The position numbers and the translations under genes were made by a program. This document shows, piece after piece, positions 53,963-64,000 of a stretch of 64,000 nucleotides of DNA. The stretch's first letter is position 1, and each line of letters starts with the position of its first letter. Source of the DNA: Octopus vulgaris (Eukaryota); the NCBI GenBank assembly GCA_951406725.2, contig OX597819.1, positions 116,498,001 to 116,562,000 on the forward strand. The letters are read 5' to 3'. The notes under the pieces are model-generated. The model had not been told where the DNA came from and did no database searches. It was given only the letters and a program-made list of their open reading frames with translations.

Positions 53963-54736
53963 GTGAGCACATGCATACTTAATGAATCTGCTTGTCCGTG
54001 TTATACTGGCATCATCTGAATGTAGCAGCGATATATGAAGAGATCTGATAACATTTAAAATAAAATATGGCAGATAAATTGTGATCAAGTTGAAGTTAAG
54101 AAAACATATCGCACCTCCTGTGTAATGACATGGGCAGGTGATGCTTTGTTCAGTTGCCTGACACTTTATCACCTGCAGCTGCTTTTAACAAACAGTACGA
54201 TGAAGTGGTTTCAATATCAGCATTGAATTGTTCAATCTCATATTTAAAAAAAATTCCTGTGTATGAATTTCATTCAATAATAAGATTCTCTGTAAAGATA
54301 ATAATTTCATATGCGTTGATAAGGCATGCAATTTGATATTTGAAGCAGGCCCACTCATTACGTTTTCGAGAAGAAAATTTCAAGGACTCAATTATTATAT
54401 CGATGGTGAATCATTATGGGAGATGGATCTGCTCTCTCATTTACATTTCGTGGGTGAATAACACCTTAGAATTTCAAGTATGATAACGAATCATTATATT
54501 TCTTTACAATTAGAATGTTATTTGCGAGTTATTTGTGAGATAACTACATGACTGACCATTACCAGAAGAGAACATATTCACCGGCAGTTATGTCAATAAA
54601 ATAACACCACCGCGTCCTAAAAGCTGTGAACGATAATGTAAAAACGCACGAACAGTGATACGATTGAGTCAAAATAATATTTTTTTTCCTGAATGACATC
54701 TATCAATAAAAATAGTTCAATTACTGTGTGATTTTA

Positions 54737-55084
54737 TTTCTTCTTCTTCTTCTTCTTCTTCTTCTTCTTCTTCTTCTTCTTCTTCTTCTTCTTCTTCTTT
54801 CTGCTTTTTCTTCTACTTCTACTTCTTTTTCATCATCCTCATCACCATCCTCATCATCGTTATCATCATCATTCTTTTTTCTTTTCTTCTTCTGTTTCTT
54901 CTTCTTCTTCTTCTTCTTCTTCTTCTTCTTCTTCTTTTTTTTTCTTTTTCTTCTTCTTTTTCTTCTTCTTCTTTTTTCTTTTTCTTTTTCTTCCTCTTCT
55001 TCTTCTTCGTCTTCTTCTTCGTCTTCTTCTTCTTCTTCTTCTTCTTCTTCTTCTTCTTCTTCTTCTTCTCCTTCCTCTTCTTCC
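54737..55084. repeat. (CTT)n-rich polypyrimidine tract
   Basis: Direct reading. Confidence 0.95.
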
Positions 55085-55424
55085 ACAAATCATTTCTGTG
55101 AACGTAATATAATTTAACCTGTCATGTGCCAACTAATTCCACGTAAAAGAAGATATAAGTAGAATATATAATGTATGTATTTCTCCAGCAATCAATCTGT
55201 CTATAACTGTCTAGCAAGCTACTTATCTATCACCTACCTATCTGCATAGACACACCCTCACATATTCACACAGGAAAAGGAGAGCACTCACATGTGTGCG
55301 TGTATTACTAATGATATATATATATATATATAAGCATATGTATATATATATATATATACACACATATATATATATATATACACATATATATATACATACA
55401 TACACACACACACACACATATATA

Positions 55425-55488
<64 letters not shown>

Positions 55489-55841
55489 TATGTATATACT
55501 TGTGTATTTGTGTGTACGTATGTATATATGCATATAAACTATTTATTCCTAATATTTTCTCGGTAATCTTGGAGTCTGTCAGATTTATATTGATGTATCT
55601 ATGTATGTATGCACAGATACATACTCCTGTGTATGGCTGAATGTGTGTGTTTACGCGCACGTGCTTATCCATCTATATGTAAGTATGTATACACATAGCT
55701 ACATACATAATACACAAACACACACATACGTATATATACTTTCATAAATACATACATACATAAATACATATACTGGTGTTCAACAAGCTGTTGTTAATAA
55801 TATATATGTATGTATATTAATATTTAAATGTTGAAATATCA

Positions 55842-56041
55842 TTCTGACAGATGAGGGAAAATATATACAGAACGCTGTCAGAGCAGATAAATATAATATG
55901 GATATTACATTGACGAAAACGAACTGGTTAGTGTGTAACAGATTCTATAGTTTTTCAATATATGAATTATGTCATATTATATGTCTGGTTGTGCCGCTCT
56001 ATACTACTGACAGTTAAATCATATTCGCCTCATCTGTTTAG
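55842..56041. repeat. Decayed hammerhead-like / PLE terminal remnant with inverted partial copy
   Basis: tctgacagatgaggg..gaacgctgtcaga; inverted match atattcgcctcatctgtt at ~56021-56038. Confidence 0.4.
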
Positions 56042-56369
56042 CTTCTTTATGTAAGGCTGTGAACGATAGCAATTTTACATTCAATTTTATATTCAATCTC
56101 ATTTACTGTCGCTTGTTACCGGTTGCCGGAGAGAATAATAACGATTTTTTCACTATTTGCTGGTGGTAATTTTTTATTCATTTTTTTTTATTTGAATATT
56201 ATTTTTTTCATCAACGTCATTATCCACTTCATCATCATCATCATCATCATCATCATTATCCTCATCATCATCATCACATCATCCTCGTTCATCATCATCA
56301 TCACCACCTCATCCTCGTTCATCATCATCATCATCATCATCATCGTTGTTGTTGTGATTATTATTATTA

Positions 56370-56570
56370 TTGAGTGAGAGAGCAGCACATGTCATCAAAG
56401 TTACACTGTGGGTACAAATATACGAAACTCAATATACGCTTTCATATCTACCCGTCTGATAAGTGTACACCAGGTATATGCATCAGAACCTAATGTGCGC
56501 GAAATAGTGATCTCATATAAAGATAAACAGTGCATGACCGTGCAGACGGGGCCGATTTAGACATTTCTGC
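56370..56570 (-). mobile_element. 3' fragment of the 52008 family
   Basis: Reverse complement of ~52350-52550, within (ATT)n. Confidence 0.75.
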
Positions 56571-56586
56571 TATTATTGTTATTAAT

Positions 56587-56667
<81 letters not shown>

Positions 56668-56670
<3 letters not shown>

Positions 56671-56811
56671 GAAGAGTGACATATGATGTCAAATTGGTTG
56701 AACGATATTTTGGCATCCAGCGTGCCTTCCACAGGTAATTTTTGAACCTGTGGAAGGCAGGCTGGATGCCAAAATATCGTTCAACCAATTTGACATCATA
56801 TGTCACTCTTC

Positions 56812-56814
<3 letters not shown>
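56668..56814. repeat. 147-bp palindrome (69-bp arms, 1 mismatch, 9-nt loop); MITE-like
   Basis: Arms 56668-56736 and 56746-56814 compared base by base. Confidence 0.95.
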
Positions 56815-56900
<86 letters not shown>

Positions 56901-56924
56901 GTTGTTGTTGTTGTTATAATTATC

Positions 56925-59430
56925 TTCTTTTAATTCTCCTTTCATTTTTTCCGAGTGTCTTCCTGACACCCAGGGCAGAAAAACCTCTTGCTAACCAATC
57001 AGGATCTCTCATAATTTCATTGAATAACTCTTCTAAATTTTTTGAGAGCACAGGAGCAATGCTAGCCAGAGATTTGTCACACTAACTTTACCAGTTGATT
57101 TCCACTTATGAGCCTTCGTGAGTATCAACCCCACGTCTGCTACTGTGATGTCTTCCCATCATTTCAATTTCGATTAGCAAATCTTTGTATTTTCTGAACT
57201 TATCAAATTTGTTTCCTGAGATATAATGGTCACAGGGTATGCCCATCGTTGCAGTATCGACACTTTCGGTCTACACCATTTTTCATCAATAAGCCCTAAT
57301 CTTGAGCAGCCAAGATAAAGCCTTCATTCTCTGCCTTTAGTTCTGAGTTCCGTAGCCACTGATGGGTGTGCTTCTAGTCTACATCATCTTGTTTACTACG
57401 GGACACATATTTTCTATGTAGAGGTTTTTGTCTCCACCTATCAGCCAATTGTCCAAACGCAATTTGCCTTGCTATTGATTTCCCCTTCTTTGCAACTACA
57501 GTTGCCGCACTTCCATCGTGCTGTTCAACTTCGGTATAATGCATAAATTCATTTTGGCTCTCCTTGATGACAGAAAGAAGGTTTTTATTGTTTTCATGTT
57601 TTTCAACGTTAGATGTTTCAAGACATTTTGCAAGATATTTTCTCGTAGTTTTGTAATTTCAAATTGGATCAAGCCTCAACCTCGTTAGTCTTTGACTAGG
57701 TAAATGCGATCTGCGTCAGCCCTTGAGTGTTGCATCTTATTGCAAGTCAGCAGCTTACAGATTTTCATGTCAATCTTCCTAATTTCACTCATATTCCAGT
57801 TCAACACATTGAAACTGTAAATAACAACCGGAACTGCTAAGGAGGAGTTAATAGCTAACACTTTGTTACGAGCATTTAACCCTGATTTTAGGACTGCTTG
57901 AACTCTGCTGTAACATTCCTTCCTGATCGTCTCTTTCATGCTTGCATGTTGAATTCTAGAGCCCTTAACTATTCGGAGATGTTTGTAAGTTTGTTCCTGG
58001 TTGAGCTCTTTTAAGACTCTGTCAAAACCTAACACCGCTGAAGGTGAGGTCTTCAATTTCCCTTGAAAGTGACCTTGGCGCATTTATCAAGACCAAATTC
58101 CATCCTGATGTCACCACTGAAAGCTTTCATATTACGTATTAGTCTATCAAGCTCATTATCGTCTTTGCCATAGAGTATTTACTCTATATGAAATAGATGA
58201 CTTAATTTCTTCACGTCAATTTTACATCTATACCCTGTTCTGTTAAATTCAGTTGTAAGGGGAATTAGGGATATGCAAAAAATTGAAGGTGAAAGTCAGT
58301 TACCTTGGAAAATTCCGCTGTTGATATTAATATTTTTTGTGGTCAGTTTGGGATCAGAGGGGAACAATTGGACATGCTCTACTTCAAGAAGTTTGAAATC
58401 ACAGGGGAAATTTTGAAGATAACCTGTTATTTCAAGATCCATTAATGCGGTATGCTGTTAAAGGCATTCTTATAATCAATCACTGCGGAACTAAAATTTC
58501 TGCGTTATTTGCGACAGTTTTCAAGGATCATGGGATTGATTAGGAGTAGGTGTTTGCATATGATTCTCGTCGTTTCCCTTTTTGCTCAGTGGGGAAGATA
58601 TCGTTTTGTTCCATAAATTTGCATGTTTTTTCCACGAAAATGGAGATTCAAACTTTACACACGGTAGATAGACATTTTACGGGCCGATAGTTTTAGGGAA
58701 ATTTGGTTTCATTATTCTTCGTGAGTAGGTAAGTAATACCTGTTGCTAACCAATCAGTTATTTTTCGTAGGATTTCTCATAATTTCATTGAATACCTGAG
58801 GAGGAGTGGCTGTGTGGTAAGTAGCTTGCTAACCAACCACATGGTTCCGGGTTCAGTCCCACTGCGTGGCATCTTGGGCAAGTGTCTTCTGCTATAGCCC
58901 CGGGCCGACTAATGCCTTGTGAGTGGAGTTGGTAGACGGAAACTGAAAGAAGCCTGTCGTATATATGTATATATATATATATATGTGTGTGTGTGTATGT
59001 GTTTTTGTGTTTGTGTTTGTCCCCCTAGCATTGCTTGACAACCGATGCTGTTGTGTTTACGTCTCCGTCACTTAGCGGTTCGGCAAAAGAGATCGATAGA
59101 ATAAGTACTGGGCTTACAAAGAATAAGTCCCGGTGTCGATTTGCTCGACTAAAGGCGGTGCTCCAGCATGGCCGCAGTCAAATGACTGAAACAAATAAAA
59201 TAGTAAAAGAGTAAAGAGTAACTTATCGTATGTGCACGGGAACGATGACAGCCAGAAATTTGGCACCCTAACATTACCAGGGGATTTCCAGTTATGAGCC
59301 TTCGTGCCTTCCTTAAGACTGCTATTGTGATGTTTTCCCATGCTTGTTCTTGTAAGGTTTTGGTAGGATCCTTCTGTGCGTGTATTCCAGTCTGCATTTT
59401 CCTTGTAGGACTTTTCCCGCACAAGTGTTA
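56925..59430 (-). mobile_element. Dong/R4-like LINE (RT + REL), rearranged
   Basis: HNWKSPG, NYRP, IDYKNAF, SGIFQG..SP, IRMEFGLDKC, KPLH.KY..HQWL..ENEGFILAAQD, KYKDLLIEI; 3' end abuts (AAC)n(AAT)n. Confidence 0.88.
58799..59220 (+). mobile_element. SINE family A, near full length, nested in the R4-like LINE
   Basis: Close match to the reverse complement of 4735-5143. Confidence 0.93.
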
Positions 59431-59615
59431 GCGTTCTCTACAGTGAGTATTTCGACCCCTAGGAGCTAAATACTCATAGGGTTGGTTTTCCATGGGGATA
59501 CAACCGGAATATCCTATTTGATACTCACCAATCATAGGCAGGAACTATAGTTTTATCCCACCCTACCGTGTGCATATCTTTTCAAGTACCTGATTCTATC
59601 CGAATCCCTATTTTA

Positions 59616-59669
<54 letters not shown>

Positions 59670-59672
<3 letters not shown>

Positions 59673-59809
59673 TTTTCTGTGTCCCTTTCTGTAGAAGAGC
59701 GTAGGCTCGAAACGTAAAAGACTTTTTTTTAATTCCTGAGCGTTATACTAATACATCTGTTTGTTTTGCACACCACCTGTCTTCGTTCTTTTCGTGAACT
59801 CTCCCCCTG
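59670..59809 (+). mobile_element. PLE terminal-repeat remnant within (TA)n
   Basis: Contains a hammerhead-like motif; related copies at 7130 and 31770. Confidence 0.7.
59681..59722 (+). ncRNA. Minimal hammerhead-like motif with A6>U core
   Basis: cttt-CTGTAGA-a-gagc[gtag]gctc-GAAA-cg-TA-aaag. Confidence 0.55.
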
Positions 59810-59949
59810 TATATATATATATATATATATATCTTTCGAATATATCATTTCATGAGTGCATGACTATCATTTGTATCCGGATGAAGTGCCGTAAGAATAG
59901 TAATTGTTTTACTGGCAATTTTTCTACCACCAAAATCCTCTATTTCATA

Positions 59950-61400
59950 CTTCATGTAACTCATTCCAACACTAGAAGACATGATGACAATCCAGTAAAT
60001 GCAGATCATTTTTATCAGATTCCTTGGATTTAGTTTGGACTACAACAGAAGCTTTAATCTTTTCAAACGTATTATTTTGACTCTTTGTTCATTTCATATT
60101 ATCGAGTTGCAATATTCCAACTTAATTGCATCCATTGTCATCGGGCGCCAAAATGCGACCTTCCTATAATTTGCTTCCATGAAAATAGGTATTCTCTTTC
60201 CCTACTGTCTCTCCAAGTCTAATGTTGCATATGATATAACAAATGCCATTCTAATATCACTGCAGTTCACCTTTGCTCTATTAACAAGTGAATTAGTCTT
60301 TATTTCCCTACTTTGCAAACATCTTTCAGTCATTGATGAAAAAGAGACGATTACGAGAATGCGCATTTCTTCCTTGTTTGTATGCCATATTGAATATTCT
60401 AAATGTCATTGAGAAAGGTATAATCGCGATAAGAAATGTCAAGGGAGAGAATGTCTAACCCCGAGACCAAATTAGTTTAACAACTACACATCCCAGTGTT
60501 TTAGTATTCACCACAAAGTTCGTTTTCCAGCAGGTCGTATTAGAAGAGAGAATGTTGACGCGGTTTTCAGTTATGCCGAACAATATACATTTTTTGTCTT
60601 TGAAGTGGGTCCATGCAAGGCATAGATTAGTCTGTAGTCTCTTGAAATTCGTCATTACATCCGTAGTGTCCTTTGAATGTTTGCTACATCCCTTCTCTTT
60701 AATAAATAATTCGTTCTGTATCAAATGATTGCATTATTTCTTCGGAATAAACTATTCCTTTATATAGCTTTCATAAATGATCCGCGTAGTTGAGTCCCCG
60801 ATAATTTCCCATTCAATATTTATTCATTGAATGTTTCATTATCAAATATGTTCTTTCCTCAGATATCCAGTCCGGTACATATTATGGCGTTACACATTCA
60901 TTTCAATGATTCCCTATTGTTGACATGTAAGGAATTTATGTATTCTTTCCAAAAGCCACCTATCTCATCTGCTAAGGTGATTTCCAAATTTCGTACCTTG
61001 TACTTGCCGAAATCTGACTCCATAGATAAAGAGAATGGTCCGTATTTCTTTGTACTCTTCAATTCGAGTTTTTGTCGTGCCTTACGCTCATGTTCAAAAC
61101 TCTATTCCTTGCTCCGAATTTAACTGAAATGTTTCCTCTGAAATACCTGGAGCATCACGAAAAATGTGTGTCTGACCTTCTCACTGAGTTTGTTGTATTG
61201 AAATAGTGAAACATCTCGGAGTAAAGCTTTATTCGTGCTGATTTTATATATATTGCTTCCTTCGTTTGATTTATTACTAACGTACGCCTTTTCCCGAAAA
61301 TGTTGTCCGTCGGAACAAGGTAAGATCTTATCGAGCCTTTTCTATCTATCTCTGTATCAGCTTTAGTTCTCATTCATTTCCGCATGTTTTATTCACAGCA
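59950..61400 (-). mobile_element. Third Dong/R4-like RT fragment, highly decayed
   Basis: WKSP/DEIGGFW, LIQNELF..KGC..TNFKRLQTNLCLAW, WKTNFVVN. Confidence 0.6.
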
Positions 61401-61554
61401 TTTTACCAAGACGTATTGGTGCAGCTCAGAATAATGGTTGTAACATGGATTATGGCATCATGTTTATTTTCACTTCAGTTAGTAACGTCCTTTTCGGCTC
61501 ATATGTAAATTTAATGAGCAGTGATAATGCTTGCTTAATATAGATAGATCTATA

Positions 61555-62183
61555 AGGCAGCGAGCTGACAGGAACGTTAGCACGCCGGGCGAAACGCTTA
61601 GCGATATTTCGTCTGTCTTTACGTTCTGAGTTCAAATTTCGCCGAGGTCGACTTTGCCTTTCATCCTTTCGGGGTCGATAAATAGAGAACCTGTCGGTAC
61701 TGGGGTCGATCTAATCAACTAGATCCACTTCCCTAAAATTTCGGGCCTTGATCCTAGAGTAGAAAAAATATATATAGATAGACCTATAAAGCGGCGAGCT
61801 TGCAAAATCGTTTGCACGCCGGGCGAAATGCTCAGCGGTATTTCGTCGGCCGTACGTTCTGAGTTCAAATTCCGCCGGGGTCGCCTTTGCCTTTCATCCT
61901 TTCGGGGTCGATTAAATAAGTACGAGTTACGCACTGGGGTCTATATAATCGACTTAATCCGTTTGTCTGTCCTTGTCTGTCCTCTCTGTGCTTAGCTCCT
62001 TATGGGTAGTAAAAACATAGGTATTTCGTCTGTCTTTACGTTCTGAGTTCAAATTCCGCCGAAATGACTTTGCCTTCCATCCTTTCGGAGTCGATAAATT
62101 AAGTGCCAGTTGCGCACTGATAACGGTCTAACCGACTGGCCCCCTCCCCCAAAAGTTTTGGCCTTGTGCCTAGAGATGAAAAT
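61555..62183 (+). mobile_element. SINE Bb (61555-61766) followed by a Ba+Bb composite (61788-62183)
   Basis: Family B motifs; atatagataga repeated at all three boundaries; junction at 62020. Confidence 0.9.
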
Positions 62184-63424
62184 AATATAGATAGAGCTTT
62201 GTATATAATACATATACAATACATATATATCTACACGCGAAGTTGTGGTGATCTGGGAGTTGTCCTTATCCATATGTCGCGCAGTGGCTAGATTTAACAA
62301 ATTGAGATATGTTCCGAAGTGCTGGAGTTGTGATATTGAGCATCACGAGAAAGAATGTGGCATATTTTTTGTTAGTAAAAGTAATGCAACCATTTTCCAC
62401 GAAAATATATATAGGTCTATCAATATGAAGCAACAACCGCTCCTTAAATATCTAAGCTGAGAAAGACATTAATGTATTTTTAGCTGAATGGTTTGGCTCT
62501 ATTAAACTAGAATGCTCCATTTTAATCTTCACGGCTTTTACTCACAATCAAATATTAATATATAAACTAGCACAACACTTTTAATAATCATATTTTTTCT
62601 TTCTCCAAATGATGATGTCATAAAACATGTAAAATAATTTCTGAAGATATTTCTTTAAAAAGGATGCAAACTAGCAGACACACCGTGATGACTGAATGTA
62701 GACAAAAATTACTTTTTTTTTTACTAAAATTCATATCCAAAGTGGTCGAGAGATACACCGGGCTTTAAAAGCAAAATATTACAACAAGCAGATGGAAAAT
62801 GCAGCACAAAAATATTTTGCGGACCACAATGGACAAAAGGAGAAAGAAATGAATTCTAAAAGATATTATTTCGCACAACCTAAGAAATAATTTGAAAATA
62901 TCTGTAGCAGCAACAACACACGCTCGGATATTTTAAATCATACATGTGTTATTTGTGTTAAGTATAGTTTTGTTTCTCTCGTGACACATAGAAACATTGT
63001 ACATTTAGCATTGATCTAGGAGAAAGAAAATTCTTCAGAAAATTTATTAAAAACATTGTCTCTTGGCAACATGGTTTCATCTGCAAGAGATAAAAAGTAA
63101 TAGTAATATCCTAACCGTGTTGTATAAAGGATAGTGTCCTTATCGAATTACATAAACGTCCAATAGTTAATTAAAATAAGAACTAGATGGGGAAGTGTCT
63201 AACAGGCGATTTAAAGTCTATTTTCTGTCAAAAGCGACGCTTCAGCTAATACACACACTCAAACTATTATGTTCAACAGTATCTATATCATTCGGCTACA
63301 GTGTATAGAAGAGTAGCGACAGGAGATAATCAAAATCATGTGTATCCGAAGTTAGTTATCATTTATTATCGCACTATTGATGGTTTATTAAAGTAGGGCC
63401 TAAAAATATATTTCAAATTATAAT

Positions 63425-63820
63425 CTTTTCTACTCTAGGCACAAGATCCGAAATTATGGGGGAGGGGGCTGTCGATTACATCAATCCCAGTACGCAATTT
63501 GTACTTGATTTATCAACCTTGACAGGATGAAAGGAAAAGTCGATCTCGGCGGAATTTGAACGCCGAATATAAAGACAGACGAAATACCTATTTCTTTACT
63601 ACACACAAGGGGCTAAACACAGAAAGGACAAACAAGGACAGACAAACGGATTAAGTCGATTATATCGACCCCAGTGCGTAACTAGTACTTAATTTATCGA
63701 CCCCGAAAGGATGAAAAGCAAAGTCGACCGCGGTGAAATTTCAACTCAGAACGTAACGGCAGACGAAATATAGCTACGCATTATCGCCCGGTGTGCTAAT
63801 GTTTTTCAGCTCGCCGCCTT
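63425..63820 (-). mobile_element. SINE Ba+Bb composite
   Basis: Junction at ~63588; flanking repeat atatttcaa(a/g)tta. Confidence 0.9.
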
Positions 63821-64000
63821 CATATTTCAAGTTATTATAAAACCTTCTTTTTCCAGAATATGTGCATTATATCTAACCGACTAAATATATTTAGTTAAAA
63901 ATCCAAACTTTATATAAATTAAATAGTGAGTGTTAAACGATTAGAGACTCAATCCAAACTCTAATGAAACTATTTAATGCATTTTAGTGTCAAATTATAT

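Overview
AT-rich, microsatellite-dense animal DNA made almost entirely of transposable elements. The SINE families, LINE types and simple repeats resemble those I recall from octopod cephalopods (inference, not verified). I cannot support any intact host gene, rRNA, true tRNA or CRISPR, and most track ORFs are microsatellite artefacts. Recognisable content: three tRNA-derived SINE groups (30+ copies or fragments), a decayed Chapaev3-like transposon with both ends, a truncated mariner, two Penelope-like elements (PLEs) plus terminal-repeat remnants, three Dong/R4-like LINEs, and CR1/L2-, RTE- and L1/Tx1-like fragments. Best leads: (1) a ~3 kb RT-less retroelement with two paralogous gag-like ORF1s, inserted into a SINE tRNA head with the same target junction seen twice; (2) minimal hammerhead ribozymes with C3-G8, U3-A8 and G3-C8 cores, one downstream of a tRNA-like Pol III module; (3) a structured motif at a LINE 5' end with a second diverged copy; (4) recurrent same-site SINE junctions; (5) a 147-bp near-perfect palindrome. 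Coordinates were read by eye, and ends of decayed elements are approximate.
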